DNA of 64,000 bases from a virus (lineage: Duplodnaviria; Caudoviricetes), in IMG/VR virus record IMGVR_UViG_3300028804_000001, positions 96,001 to 160,000 of that record; one strand, given 5' to 3'. Position 1 is the stretch's first letter, and each line of letters opens with the position of its first letter. The position numbers and the translations under genes were made by a program. Of this stretch, positions 16,776 through 27,604 are shown piece after piece. Below the pieces are notes generated by a model. The model did not search any database. It was given only the letters and a program-made list of their open reading frames with translations, and was not told where the DNA came from.

Positions 16776-17635
16776 AATGATCGTAAGAAATCAGCGTAGT
16801 TATTTTTTACGTTGCTGTACTGCTTAGTAATATACGCTGACATAGTTTTCTTCGAGACATAATCAAGTCTGATTGCAGCCTCCTCAGGAGATCCTACACA
16901 ATTGGAATCTAATTTGCCCATTGTTATATACTTCTCAACAAGAGCTATATTTTCTACCGTTCCGCAATCCTTCCAGAAGCATTCAGTAGGAAGCTTCTCG
17001 ACGTTACATATTTTCAAACCCAAGTATATATTGATAAGATCTACGATCTCGAGTTCATTTCTTTTAGAAGGTTTTAATCCTTTGGCAAAATGAGAAACGG
17101 TAGATGGGAATCTATAAAGGCCAGTTAATGCCTGATTTGATGGTGGGATTTTGGGCTTCTCTACTAGTTTATTCTTAACAGGATCATAAACTCCAAAGGC
17201 TTGTGGCTTAGGAATATACTTAGTAAAAGCAAATGCATTGAACTTATCTCCCATGAACTTCTTTTGATAATATTCAAAGGGGAAGTTATGAAAGAAGTTA
17301 TCACCAAGAAGTAGTGTAACTGGCTGATCCCCTATAAACGGCCGGCCAAGAATAAACGCTTCTGCTATTCCACGGGGGCTATCCTGGACAGAGTAATATA
17401 TGTTTATTCCCCACTGGTGCCCAGATCCAAGCAGATCTGCCATCCTTCCAGTATCCTGGGGAGTAGAAATGATTAAAATTTCTCGGATCCCAAGCTCCAT
17501 TAAGAAACGAAGTGGATAGTAAATCATCGGCTTCCCATTTATGGGAATAAGCTGCTTAGAAATAGACATTGTTGCTGGGTAAAGTCTGGTCCCAGAACCA
17601 CCAGCTAGTATTATACCACGGTCGGAGATTTCCAC
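16772..17635 (-). CDS. rmlA: Glucose-1-phosphate thymidylyltransferase
   Basis: GIILAGGSGTRLYP, SKQLIP, KPMIYYPL, LGDN, EKP, SKRNELEI. Confidence 0.95.
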   Translation of the reverse strand: MEISDRGIILAGGSGTRLYPATMSISKQLIPINGKPMIYYPLRFLMELGIREILIISTPQDTGRMADLLGSGHQWGINIYYSVQDSPRGIAEAFILGRPFIGDQPVTLLLGDNFFHNFPFEYYQKKFMGDKFNAFAFTKYIPKPQAFGVYDPVKNKLVEKPKIPPSNQALTGLYRFPSTVSHFAKGLKPSKRNELEIVDLINIYLGLKICNVEKLPTECFWKDCGTVENIALVEKYITMGKLDSNCVGSPEEAAIRLDYVSKKTMSAYITKQYSNVKNNYADFLRSL

Positions 17636-18654
17636 GTTCTACCCTCATTCATATACGACTGTTCTAACCATTCTTTATGATCAAGATACCAGCTAACAGT
17701 TTTATAGATGCCTTCTGAGAAACCCACTTGGAATCTCCAATCTACTGCATCTAGGGCCGAACGAGGATCTATGGAGTAAGCCATATCATGCCCAGGTCTA
17801 TCGATTATATAATCTATACCCAGGTTAGGCTTTCCCATTGCTCTTAGAATAATATCAACTACTTGATTATTAGTAATAGCTATGCCAGTTCCTATATTAA
17901 TAACAGTGCCAGGTTGCGCATTCTTTGCTACTTGATATATACATTGAACATTATCTTCAACATATAACCAATCCCTTGAATTCTTTCCATCTCCATAAAT
18001 CTGCGGCTGGATATCGTTCATTGCATATCTAATAGTTCTTGGTATCAGCTTTTCTGGATGTTGCCAAGGACCATAGTTATTGGAAGATCTAGTTACAGCT
18101 ATTGGGTACCTGTAAGTTTTGTAATAAGATCTAGCTATCAAATCTGCGGAAGTCTTACTCGCAGAATAAGGAGAGTTTGGGTAAAGAGCAGAATCTGAAG
18201 TAAATGGTTTATTGTTGTTATACTCTAAAGAGCCATAACTCTCATCAGTTCCTATTTGAATATGAAAGAAGTTCTTCTTATCTGCTTCATCTAGTGTGTT
18301 ATAATATTCTAGACCTGCTGCCATTACATTAGCAGCTCCCATGATATTAGTTTTAAAGAAACCACTCGGATCAACTATTGATCTATCTACGTGAGATTCG
18401 GCCGCACAATTAATTATACAGTTTGGCATATATTTCATTGCCTTTCTCATACTATCTAGATCATTAATATCATAGTTTAAAAATGTATACCGGTTAGGTA
18501 TAACCATGTTGTATTCGAATTCTTCTACTCCGTAGGCATCTGCGTCTTTATCGATATTGATTACATCTATACCATGTTGAATGAATTTTTTAATCAGGCT
18601 TCTACCTATAAATCCATGACCGCCAGTGATAATAACTCTTTCTATTTTTCTCAT
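17611..18654 (-). CDS. rmlB: dTDP-glucose 4,6-dehydratase
   Basis: TGGHGFIG, AAESHVDRSI, TDESYG, SPYSASK, NNYGPWQHPEKLIP, DRPGHD. Confidence 0.96.
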   Translation of the reverse strand: MRKIERVIITGGHGFIGRSLIKKFIQHGIDVINIDKDADAYGVEEFEYNMVIPNRYTFLNYDINDLDSMRKAMKYMPNCIINCAAESHVDRSIVDPSGFFKTNIMGAANVMAAGLEYYNTLDEADKKNFFHIQIGTDESYGSLEYNNNKPFTSDSALYPNSPYSASKTSADLIARSYYKTYRYPIAVTRSSNNYGPWQHPEKLIPRTIRYAMNDIQPQIYGDGKNSRDWLYVEDNVQCIYQVAKNAQPGTVINIGTGIAITNNQVVDIILRAMGKPNLGIDYIIDRPGHDMAYSIDPRSALDAVDWRFQVGFSEGIYKTVSWYLDHKEWLEQSYMNEGRTWKSPTVV

Positions 18655-19544
18655 CGTGCTCTTACCCTGGTAACCGCGGTTGTGTTTGGATCTATATCAA
18701 AATGAAATGTAGGATGTGGCTTATCATAGAATCTATCCATGAATGGACGCTTACATGCAAAATTCATAATGGTTTCAAATATATTGCCAACATCCATACC
18801 TATTAAATTGGCCTCTCTCTTTACCATCGTAGATAATATCTTAGCTGCTGCACCGCAACTAAAAAGAAATACTGCATCCTTATTTCTATATGAATTCCTA
18901 ACTCTCTTCTTGATTTCATCTAGATTGCTCATAGCAAAGTTAGGAATATCTGGAGTTGGGATAGTGTTAACTATGTTAATTCTTTCTAGCTTTAGATCTG
19001 GATGGAGAGATCTGAAAGCTTTGTTAGTATGGAAGTAGTTCTGGTAATATACCATCTTACCTCCAACTAGAACCACATCTCTATCCCATAGATCCTGGAA
19101 CAATCTACCAGATCCTGCATATTTATAAATGGCGTGAACTTCATATAGGGGCTTATTGCCTAATATATTATTAAGGGCCAACATATCCAGGGTCGGTCCC
19201 CAAAAGTTTGGACTTCTATTTATTCTAGGATCGTGAACACCTAAGAATGTAGCTTCTTCTACCGCAGCCATCAACTCATCAGATCTGGGTATATTATTCT
19301 TATCTATCCCGCACCACCATAGTATATTATCAACGGTAGAATCACCAATTGTCTTATTGCGTATAAGAAATCTGGCCTCAACATCTCCTATTCTGACTAA
19401 AGAAAATGGAACTCTATTCTTTAATTTATCGGATATTAGATCTATACACTTCTCACCACTCTCTATAAATTTAGAGTAGAAATCGGCAACTGAATTCTCA
19501 TTGAACTCACTGGAGAGTGTATTTTTTGAATAGTCGTAATACAT
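18651..19544 (-). CDS. GT-D fold (DUF1792-like) glycosyltransferase
   Basis: SLVRIGDVE, GAAAKIL, GMDVG. Confidence 0.6.
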   Translation of the reverse strand: MYYDYSKNTLSSEFNENSVADFYSKFIESGEKCIDLISDKLKNRVPFSLVRIGDVEARFLIRNKTIGDSTVDNILWWCGIDKNNIPRSDELMAAVEEATFLGVHDPRINRSPNFWGPTLDMLALNNILGNKPLYEVHAIYKYAGSGRLFQDLWDRDVVLVGGKMVYYQNYFHTNKAFRSLHPDLKLERINIVNTIPTPDIPNFAMSNLDEIKKRVRNSYRNKDAVFLFSCGAAAKILSTMVKREANLIGMDVGNIFETIMNFACKRPFMDRFYDKPHPTFHFDIDPNTTAVTRVRAR

Positions 19545-20251
19545 TAAAACCCGCGGAGTTTATATTTATCAGTTATAGAACTGTACATCAATCCTTCACT
19601 ATTGAGAAGATCATCTATCTGAGCCGATGTAAAAATACTGTTAACTGTAGAACTCACCTGGTGAAATAGGAAATGAGCATGATCTACTACAGTTCTAAAT
19701 CCTTTCTTTCTAGCCATCTGGTATATAAAGTTATCCCCGTAGAATATTCTTAACTCTGATGGGATCTGCTCGTATTGTTTAACTCTACCAAAGATATACC
19801 ATCCCAACATATGATATTCATTACCAGGTCCTAGGTTGCGAAGATCTGGCTGGCTCTTCTGCTGCTTATGCACCGATAGATATATATCAGAACTGATCTG
19901 TGTTAGCGTTCGAAAGGTTTGGATCCCGATTGTATTATCACTCATTATTCCTTCTGAAGTTTCAATACATGTATCCCATACAAGACAATCATCATTTAAC
20001 AAAAGATAGAACTCTGTTTGTGAAGATACAACTCCTAAGTTCCAGGCTTTGTTAACTCCTATATTAGTTGGGAAATACGAAATCTTTATATTTGGACTAA
20101 GTTCTGAAAAAGGTCTACATCCATTATTAGATGTGTTATCGATAATATGAATATTGCACTTCTGTTTTAAAAGTGTATCTATATTAATCCTAAGAAGCTT
20201 CGGAGCTTTTAGAAGAGTAGGTATAACAACTGTAGTCTTATTATCACTCAT
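19544..20251 (-). CDS. Glycosyltransferase family 2
   Basis: VVIPT, IIDN, NIGVNKAWNLG, LLNDD, FYGD; start coupled TAATG to upstream gene. Confidence 0.8.
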   Translation of the reverse strand: MSDNKTTVVIPTLLKAPKLLRINIDTLLKQKCNIHIIDNTSNNGCRPFSELSPNIKISYFPTNIGVNKAWNLGVVSSQTEFYLLLNDDCLVWDTCIETSEGIMSDNTIGIQTFRTLTQISSDIYLSVHKQQKSQPDLRNLGPGNEYHMLGWYIFGRVKQYEQIPSELRIFYGDNFIYQMARKKGFRTVVDHAHFLFHQVSSTVNSIFTSAQIDDLLNSEGLMYSSITDKYKLRGF

Positions 20252-20997
20252 TATATTCCAATCCACCCTTCTTGGAAAAGACATGATGTATCGATATGGG
20301 ATAATGAAGGTCCAAACCAATTCTTAGGATATACCGTTTTACTTTTTGATAAATAGGCTCCCCACCATGAGAATGATGAATTGGCAATTATAGAACCTTG
20401 TGATTTCTGCAAATGAGCAAAATCTACCGCGGGGTTACTATTAGCAAAAGATACATTTGAACCAAGTTCTTTAAGGTTATCCATACACCATCTATAGTCA
20501 TCAGATATAATCAGAAACTTTTCTAATCCAAAACCTTCCATTATCTTCTTGGCTTCTTTATAATAATCTATGCCAACTACTGGATGGTGGTCTGGTAGCA
20601 TAAGGTAGTCCCCTCTACGCACATGTATGGTTCCAGTTTTATCCATAGAAAATGGAAACTCTATATCAAGAGAGAATAGTTCATGTATGAGATCTTCATA
20701 TCCTTCCCAGTATTTAGGAGATTGGAAATATCCTTTGTAGCTGCAGTTTCTTATTTCTGGTAATGGGTCATATTCCCATCTAGGAGCTTCGTAATTATAA
20801 ACCATTGCTAGTTTAGTTCTAGGTAAAAATCTAATGCCAGCTTTCTCAAATTTATCCTGGAAGACTCTTCTATATTCCCATTCAGAAGGCAATATAACTT
20901 CTTCCTTAATTCTCCTACCATGAGCTACAACTGCAGCTACTTGAAATAGAGAATTGCCTAGCCTTCCATATTCGCCTAAATCAGAAAATGTTATCAT
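20251..20997 (-). CDS. Alpha-1,2-fucosyltransferase-like (GT11)
   Basis: GRLGNSLFQ, GYFQS, HVRRGDY, SDD, IANSSFSWWGAYL. Confidence 0.9.
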   Translation of the reverse strand: MITFSDLGEYGRLGNSLFQVAAVVAHGRRIKEEVILPSEWEYRRVFQDKFEKAGIRFLPRTKLAMVYNYEAPRWEYDPLPEIRNCSYKGYFQSPKYWEGYEDLIHELFSLDIEFPFSMDKTGTIHVRRGDYLMLPDHHPVVGIDYYKEAKKIMEGFGLEKFLIISDDYRWCMDNLKELGSNVSFANSNPAVDFAHLQKSQGSIIANSSFSWWGAYLSKSKTVYPKNWFGPSLSHIDTSCLFQEGWIGI

Positions 20998-21803
20998 AGA
21001 GCTCGCTTCGCCATTCTAATTTGATCTTCCCAATAAGAGAAATTCAATGTCTTATCAATATTGAAACGATCAAAAAGAATATGCGGAGCTTGCTCTGTAA
21101 GCCATTGGGGTTGTAGATCACTCCATGACTTTATCATTAGAATTGGATATATCTTTGAGAACTCTCTGTTAGCCGGCGAATCTACTACTATAGGGATAGA
21201 CCCCATATAGAGTGCTTCCCACAGTCTATGTGTATCATGGCCATTTCCAGGAGGAGCTGCGGTATATTTTGATTCTGCTATATCTTTTAGATAGTGCCTG
21301 AATGGGATTCTCGTTCCCTGCCTTTTTACCCATGGTTTATTCTCTAGGCCGGCCAAACACTCTCCCCTCTCTAGATAGTTGGTAGATGGTGCAATATTTA
21401 GATAAACCAGGTTATTATAGCCATCTCTATCTCTAAAGACCTCAGATAGGTCCTGTATGTTGCCAGAACCCGCTATACCGGGCCTTTCCAGCCCTATGGG
21501 TATAGGGACAAGGTCAGGGGCCTGAACAAGGGCATTCTGGGCAAACCAGCGTGTAATACAGGGTGGTTTTAGGCTATAGACCTCAGGGGTAATGTTATGA
21601 TCTGAGTTATGGGTTATGAGAACAAACCTATTTGGGTCATGTCTAACTATATCAAAGAAGGTTCGAATCTGATCCGTTTTGCAGAATACCAGCTTATTGG
21701 ATTTTAGCTGCTCTGGATCAATAGGACTATCATTCTCTCGAATGATATAGTCACACAATTCTACAAACTTATCTCCATGGATATGGTTAGAAAAACGGTT
21801 CAT
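20994..21803 (-). CDS. Exostosin/GT47-like glycosyltransferase
   Basis: PIPIG, PPGNGHDTHRLWEALYMGSIPIV. Confidence 0.75.
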   Translation of the reverse strand: MNRFSNHIHGDKFVELCDYIIRENDSPIDPEQLKSNKLVFCKTDQIRTFFDIVRHDPNRFVLITHNSDHNITPEVYSLKPPCITRWFAQNALVQAPDLVPIPIGLERPGIAGSGNIQDLSEVFRDRDGYNNLVYLNIAPSTNYLERGECLAGLENKPWVKRQGTRIPFRHYLKDIAESKYTAAPPGNGHDTHRLWEALYMGSIPIVVDSPANREFSKIYPILMIKSWSDLQPQWLTEQAPHILFDRFNIDKTLNFSYWEDQIRMAKRAL

Positions 21804-22702
21804 GATAGATACAGCTCCAGTTGTTTTGAATGAATGTGCAAATTAGCTAATCTGGTAGGTTCGCAGGATCCAACAACTAGGGGGACTTTTCTATTCTTTT
21901 CATCCCTGGTCCATTCAACTGTATATAAACCACTTTGTATATCTCTCCCAACATAGTGATGGGATCCAGTCCATCCTGGGATTTTATCAGTTGTTCCACC
22001 AACATATTGCCCCCAGGATGCACCATCAAATAGAAGATTCATCTTATCAAGGTTCCTATTACAGGAGTTTGTAGAACTTGGGCTAAGTGGAAGTATATCT
22101 AACATTAGATATCCATTCTTGCGCATGTAATCAAGAATGATCATCTCAGAAACCAAAGATTCATTAGTGAGTCTTTGAAGAGCTCGTTCGCCCTTTGCTA
22201 TAAAGGTGATAATTGATTTATTAACTTTCTTCAGAGTTGCTATATTATCTATATATGTAAATGCTATAGCAGAATGTTTATCCCCCACTGGGTTAATAGC
22301 AACCTTATCTTTATATAGGGATCCTAGCATATTCCATAGATTCTCTATGTCAGTATATACTAGAATATCATTCTCTATATGGATGATGCTATCATATCGA
22401 ACAACTTCCATATATTGCTGCAGATAGAATAATCTCTCATAGGTTACATGCCAGAATGCTCCCCAGTTATGCATAAAGCTTACTCTTCTAAACTCATCAA
22501 GAGTGCTGTTATGTTCTGCAAGACTTTCTAAGGATGTGGTATTAACATTGTATTTATCGAAGATGGGATTACTTCTTAATTTCTCTTCTACTAGAAATGT
22601 AATATCGCCTCCATAGAATTTTCTAAGCTGCTCCAAGCAAAATATTACGTGAGGTGGCAGCTCGGATCCTATATGAATTAATACAACTGCAGTGCTTTTC
22701 AT
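21800..22702 (-). CDS. Putative glycosyltransferase (GT-A-like)
   Basis: FW..T.ERLF.L, HIENDILVY, FDGASWGQY.GG, NLHIHSK; family seen in glycan clusters. Confidence 0.6.
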   Translation of the reverse strand: MKSTAVVLIHIGSELPPHVIFCLEQLRKFYGGDITFLVEEKLRSNPIFDKYNVNTTSLESLAEHNSTLDEFRRVSFMHNWGAFWHVTYERLFYLQQYMEVVRYDSIIHIENDILVYTDIENLWNMLGSLYKDKVAINPVGDKHSAIAFTYIDNIATLKKVNKSIITFIAKGERALQRLTNESLVSEMIILDYMRKNGYLMLDILPLSPSSTNSCNRNLDKMNLLFDGASWGQYVGGTTDKIPGWTGSHHYVGRDIQSGLYTVEWTRDEKNRKVPLVVGSCEPTRLANLHIHSKQLELYLS

Positions 22703-23673
22703 TTCGGTTCTCCGTAATTAAATACGAGGCTAGGGCATATATAAAGACGGTCAAATCCATTTGCTATCATGGACATATGAAATGGAACATGATCGCATGT
22801 AACAGGATATTGATACGTAAAAGAGTTCATTCTCCATACCAATGGATCTGCAATCCCATCCAATGGGCCGAATAAATAGAAGCCCTCTTTTTCGTAATTT
22901 GTGTATCTATTATCATAAGGTGGTTCTAATTTAATCTTATTTAGTTGGGCAAGAGATCCAATGTATTGCATAGCTCTTGGATGGCCTTCATTAAGTAGAT
23001 CCGAGATTAACTTCCTATATACCTTCTCCATATCTAGGGTTACTTCTGCAGAATATTGAAAGTTAGAAACCGCGGATCTTTTATATATTCCACATCCACC
23101 GAATGCAGAATATACTGGATACCATTCCTTATCGAGTATCAGATTCTGTTTAGGGGAGTACCATTCCGAATGTCCAATAAGTTCAGGACCTAGCGGCTCC
23201 TTCTTATCTCTGAATGCAAGCCAGTCCCAGTATCCATATGTTGGATCTAACCCATATGCAAATACTGCATCCCAATTATCTTTATTCTTAAATACTTCTT
23301 CAAAGCCTGCATAGTTGGGCTCTACTTTAAAGTCCATATCCATCCATATGATATAATCATATTCCCTAGGGACATAGGATGGCAGCATGCGCATTACAAT
23401 ATTTCTAGCCCTGGATGTTCCAGAAGACTTTAGATAATCACTATTAACATACTTCAGTTCATGGGTATCTTCACATTTTACTATGATCCTATGATCTCTA
23501 TCCTGCCAATCGAGAAGGATGGATTTTGTAGAATCCTTCGAGTTGTCCTCATACATGCATACTCTATAGGATTCGAACATAGAACCTATAGTTTCGGCAA
23601 TTTTAATAGAGTAGGGAAGTCTATCCTGGATATCTTTGCAGATACCACATATAACTACATTGTGTGGTATCAT
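22699..23673 (-). CDS. Glycosyltransferase (GT69/Cap59-like)
   Basis: YEDNSKDST, ARN, WMDMD, VYSAFGG..IY, CDHVPFH. Confidence 0.7.
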   Translation of the reverse strand: MIPHNVVICGICKDIQDRLPYSIKIAETIGSMFESYRVCMYEDNSKDSTKSILLDWQDRDHRIIVKCEDTHELKYVNSDYLKSSGTSRARNIVMRMLPSYVPREYDYIIWMDMDFKVEPNYAGFEEVFKNKDNWDAVFAYGLDPTYGYWDWLAFRDKKEPLGPELIGHSEWYSPKQNLILDKEWYPVYSAFGGCGIYKRSAVSNFQYSAEVTLDMEKVYRKLISDLLNEGHPRAMQYIGSLAQLNKIKLEPPYDNRYTNYEKEGFYLFGPLDGIADPLVWRMNSFTYQYPVTCDHVPFHMSMIANGFDRLYICPSLVFNYGEPK

Positions 23674-24656
23674 TTATAGGGCCGTGCCTTTTCTTTTATT
23701 TTATGAATCCAATATGAATTAGAAAGCTTATCTAGATTATAGTGTTTATTATGAATATGTGTATCTAACCAGATATCTAAATTATCTCTATTCACTACAT
23801 CCCAATTATCTACTATTACAACCGGAAGATCAGAATATAATTCATCCAGTGGTGATGTTTTAACTATTACGATGCAGCCTAGAGTTAGATCTTCCCACGT
23901 TCTATGACAATCCAATCCATTACCATGAGGACTAATAGTAAAAGCATGATTTGCTTTCATCCTCCACAGATCAGATCTTTTCATGAATGGACCATGATTA
24001 ACTGCACCAGTTGCTATTAGCTTTTCGAATATGGCTCTTCTATCTTCTCCAAATTGCTCAAACCTTCTGAATCCCCCATGGGTAGTATCTGAATGTTGGA
24101 AGTCTGCCCATGCATTTCTAGATCTTCTCTCTATTGCGGGAGATTCGTTTCTTATAGTGGATACTAATCTTTCCTGATCGACTGGATTCATTTGAGGATC
24201 TTGCCATCCTCCATTTCTGTATGCAACAGTATGAAAATCGAATCCAATTGGAATCTTTGTCACCTTGTGTTTATTAATTCCCTCATAGTCACAGTTTTGT
24301 GCAAATACATGGATAATATTCTCATTACTAAGAAACATATCAGGGAAGAAGGTATCGAAGTGTACTCCTTCTTGAGATACTGCACAATCAGATGGAAATG
24401 TATTATCTCCATCCAGGATAACAAGGACAACGGGAACTTTAAGGTTTGGAAGAATCTCTCTATTGAAATGATATACAAGCTGGCAGTTTAACCAAAGAAT
24501 ATCTCCAGGCTTTAGATTAGAATATGTGTTCTTGTCCCATACTCTTTCCGCTTCTGCAAAATAATCAAAAGGAGATTTTACTTTATGAGGCCCATGATCT
24601 GCAGTCTGTCCTATTCCAATATTCCATAAATAATTAGATCCAGTCCATGTATTCAT
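23670..24656 (-). CDS. Exostosin/GT47-like glycosyltransferase
   Basis: IPIGFDFH, SPHGNGLDCHRTWEDL.LGCI.IV; paralog of 20994-21803. Confidence 0.75.
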   Translation of the reverse strand: MNTWTGSNYLWNIGIGQTADHGPHKVKSPFDYFAEAERVWDKNTYSNLKPGDILWLNCQLVYHFNREILPNLKVPVVLVILDGDNTFPSDCAVSQEGVHFDTFFPDMFLSNENIIHVFAQNCDYEGINKHKVTKIPIGFDFHTVAYRNGGWQDPQMNPVDQERLVSTIRNESPAIERRSRNAWADFQHSDTTHGGFRRFEQFGEDRRAIFEKLIATGAVNHGPFMKRSDLWRMKANHAFTISPHGNGLDCHRTWEDLTLGCIVIVKTSPLDELYSDLPVVIVDNWDVVNRDNLDIWLDTHIHNKHYNLDKLSNSYWIHKIKEKARPYK

Positions 24657-24657
24657 A

Positions 24658-25017
24658 TTAAACCTCCGGAGTCTTTATAAGCTCCAATCCCCAGCTAGCT
24701 CCATAGTCAATTGCGGCTTTGTGAATAGTAGTAATATAGATATAATCGTTTAATTCTGGATCTTTCAATCTAGCAAGGAAACAAGTATTTGGAATAGAAA
24801 GAGGAAGATCATCTGAGAATACTATATCGCATACGTTCTTACAAGAGTAGTCTACTAGCATATCCAGACTCTGAACACCCTTTCTAAAATAAAGAATATG
24901 TATATGACCAGTTGAATGAATTTCTCTCAGTTGTTTAAATCTATAACTATCTGGAGTTATCTCTGCATATGAGGAATATTCAAATCTCTGGAGATAGGAT
25001 CTAAAAATATCTCTCAT
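24658..25017 (-). CDS. Hypothetical protein
   Basis: Packed in operon. Confidence 0.6.
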   Translation of the reverse strand: MRDIFRSYLQRFEYSSYAEITPDSYRFKQLREIHSTGHIHILYFRKGVQSLDMLVDYSCKNVCDIVFSDDLPLSIPNTCFLARLKDPELNDYIYITTIHKAAIDYGASWGLELIKTPEV

Positions 25018-25661
25018 AAGAATCTCCGGTTTACATAGATATAATTATCAAAAACACCACCGTATGGATTCCCATCAACCAGTTCAAAGTTATCCTTCAG
25101 TAGAAGATCTACTTCATCTAGAAGTTTAATTCCCTTATATTCTTCTTTAAGGAATAGCTCTGCATGGATTATAGAAACATTGGTAAGATATTTACCCAGG
25201 CCACTTATAATATCATACTCAGCTCCCTGAGCATCAATCCACAGAAGATCAGGAACAGGTTCATTTCTCGTTTCTATAAATGTATCTAACCGTGTACATG
25301 GTATAGTTATAACAGAGAATGGATCTTTGTTTATACATGTAGCATCTGGAGTAGGCGCGTATATAGATCCCTGTAGGAGAGTTGTTTTCTCTCCTGCATA
25401 GAATTCCACTTCTCCATCTTTATCACATACTGCTAGCCTATAGATAGAACAATTATTAGGGATCTTACCAGCTAATGGGTTTAGAAGATTAGGTTCAAAT
25501 GCCCTGATGGATTCTGGATTAAAAATCTCCAGCATTTCATAAATATCTTCAATTCTTCCAAGACCTACATCATATATATTCTTTGGAATTTTGATGTTAA
25601 ATCTTCGAGTAAGCTCGATGATTTTATACATCTGTTTCTGTTCACTGGTAAGTTCACTCAT
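25014..25661 (-). CDS. FkbM family methyltransferase
   Basis: YDVG, AFEPN, TRLD, LWIDAQGAEY. Confidence 0.85.
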   Translation of the reverse strand: MSELTSEQKQMYKIIELTRRFNIKIPKNIYDVGLGRIEDIYEMLEIFNPESIRAFEPNLLNPLAGKIPNNCSIYRLAVCDKDGEVEFYAGEKTTLLQGSIYAPTPDATCINKDPFSVITIPCTRLDTFIETRNEPVPDLLWIDAQGAEYDIISGLGKYLTNVSIIHAELFLKEEYKGIKLLDEVDLLLKDNFELVDGNPYGGVFDNYIYVNRRFL

Positions 25662-25663
25662 AA

Positions 25664-26314
25664 TTAATCCTTCTTAAAGATCGCAAAACCATTACGCACA
25701 TGAGGGCCTTCACAAACCAAGGACCATCCAGGTGTTTTTAATAGTTCGTGATAGATTTGGCTGCACTTGTATGCACTAAAAACATCATCTAGCATAAAGC
25801 ATCTGGAACTATCTTTAAGAAGGGTAAATTCGCTATATCCCATGAACTCAGAACCATCAATAAGAACTGCATCATATTTTGGCCTGCGCATGGAAGAATT
25901 TAGAAAGCCAATATTAGTAAGTCTTGATACATCCTGCTCATACCATTGAATAACTAGATCTCTGGGATACTTCCCAACTCCCCGTTCTAAGTTATTGTAT
26001 TCCGAGTTCCAAACTTCATCAAAGGACTTCGGTAAGAATGATTCTCTATTAATAGAGCTCATATTATAAGCCAGTGCCCATGGATAGATTGCAATAGCAT
26101 TCTGAAGATCTTTAAATCTATCTGGATTAATCTCTATGCACTGAAGAAGAGCGTTGTAGCCATTAGGCTCAAGCTTCTTCATCCCATCTATAATACATTG
26201 AGTAGAGCCGGCCCCATCCCAGGAGCCAATCTCTAAGTTAATTCGATAGTTGTTATCGGAGATTACTTTGGAAATACTTCTCCCAAAGTCATCAGCTAAA
26301 GTGACTTCTGGCAT
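25664..26314 (-). CDS. Class I SAM-dependent methyltransferase-like
   Basis: LEIGSWDG.GST, VLIDGSEF, LDD. Confidence 0.7.
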   Translation of the reverse strand: MPEVTLADDFGRSISKVISDNNYRINLEIGSWDGAGSTQCIIDGMKKLEPNGYNALLQCIEINPDRFKDLQNAIAIYPWALAYNMSSINRESFLPKSFDEVWNSEYNNLERGVGKYPRDLVIQWYEQDVSRLTNIGFLNSSMRRPKYDAVLIDGSEFMGYSEFTLLKDSSRCFMLDDVFSAYKCSQIYHELLKTPGWSLVCEGPHVRNGFAIFKKD

Positions 26315-26329
26315 ATGAAACTCCTGTTT

Positions 26330-27604
26330 TTATTTAGAAAGAAGTGTTTGTCTACCGTAGAAGATTACCTTCCAGCCTTTTGAAACAGCATAAGGTATTA
26401 CTAATCTTCCCTTCCCAGAGATACCATCTTCGGAGAAATGTAGATGGTTATCTTTAAGAATGCAGTCAGTATCATCGATGAGAATAAGAGATTGATCGTG
26501 GAGTTTATCTTCAGCTGCCTGGAAAGCCTCGAGATGTCTCTGTGCAGATTCTGGCATATCCATATCCCAGGCATCAAGGAATAAGAGATCTATCTTCTGA
26601 TTGTGCTTTTGAAGGAATTCGATCCCATCCATTGCAAAACCAGTAATCTTTTTACCAGTAGCTTTAAGACATTCAAGCTTTGCATTATCCATATTAGTTG
26701 GATTGATGTCGATAGTAATAAAGTTATCAGTTTCTCTAGCCCAGAAAATAGAGCTATGGCCATCCATGCAGCAATCTATATTGAGCTGGTCTATAGGATG
26801 ATTGAGAGGCATTCTTGCACAACCAATCTCTACAATAGAATTCAGGTTTCTCTTTCTAAACATCTCGAGAGCTCTCTCGATATATGTTTTGGGGAATTCT
26901 CTTTTCTCTGGAACTAGTAACATCTTTGGCTCTCCTTCAATTATATTATCTAATATCAAGTGCGGAAGAAGATTAACTGCACATGCAGATTCATACATAC
27001 TCCCAATATGTATTCTAAGATAAGTTGGATCTAATCTGCAGAATGCATCAAGATATAATATAAAACCTAGCTCCCTAGTTTCTTTTGGGAGGTCATCCAT
27101 ATACAGCTTATATGTTGCATGTAATAGAGTTCTAAAAGCTGTATTCGCATCAGGCCTAAGACCTGGATTTCCAGAAGAGAAATAATTATCGATTATGTTT
27201 AATGCATCCAGAAATACCATTGAAGGATTAAGCATCACAAACTTTGGTTTGGCTAATGCTGCTATTCTTGAAAAGAATCTGCTATATACTTTATCTCTGG
27301 ACTCGGGAGTTTTATACCATTCTGGAATAGGTATCTGTCTAACCGCGGTTAGTTGAAAACATCCAACCTGATCCCAGGATTCAATTGCTGGGTTACCCTC
27401 AAAATCCCACAAGCAGGGATTCGAGAAATTGTTATGTATATAATTTAAGGCTAATACTGAGTTCTTATATTTAGAAGCATGAAAGAGATCAGGTGAGCAT
27501 AATCTTGGAGGATATACCTTTGGTAGGATCTTAGTAGCCCCAGGAGCCCACTGAGTATTATTTAAACCAATTCCATTTTCATCTGTCAGTTTATAAAGCC
27601 TCAT
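26330..27604 (-). CDS. Phage hypothetical domain fused to class I methyltransferase
   Basis: C-terminal IVEIG, IDLLFLD, ILIDD, GKG; internal SD+ATG at 26923. Confidence 0.7.
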   Translation of the reverse strand: MRLYKLTDENGIGLNNTQWAPGATKILPKVYPPRLCSPDLFHASKYKNSVLALNYIHNNFSNPCLWDFEGNPAIESWDQVGCFQLTAVRQIPIPEWYKTPESRDKVYSRFFSRIAALAKPKFVMLNPSMVFLDALNIIDNYFSSGNPGLRPDANTAFRTLLHATYKLYMDDLPKETRELGFILYLDAFCRLDPTYLRIHIGSMYESACAVNLLPHLILDNIIEGEPKMLLVPEKREFPKTYIERALEMFRKRNLNSIVEIGCARMPLNHPIDQLNIDCCMDGHSSIFWARETDNFITIDINPTNMDNAKLECLKATGKKITGFAMDGIEFLQKHNQKIDLLFLDAWDMDMPESAQRHLEAFQAAEDKLHDQSLILIDDTDCILKDNHLHFSEDGISGKGRLVIPYAVSKGWKVIFYGRQTLLSK

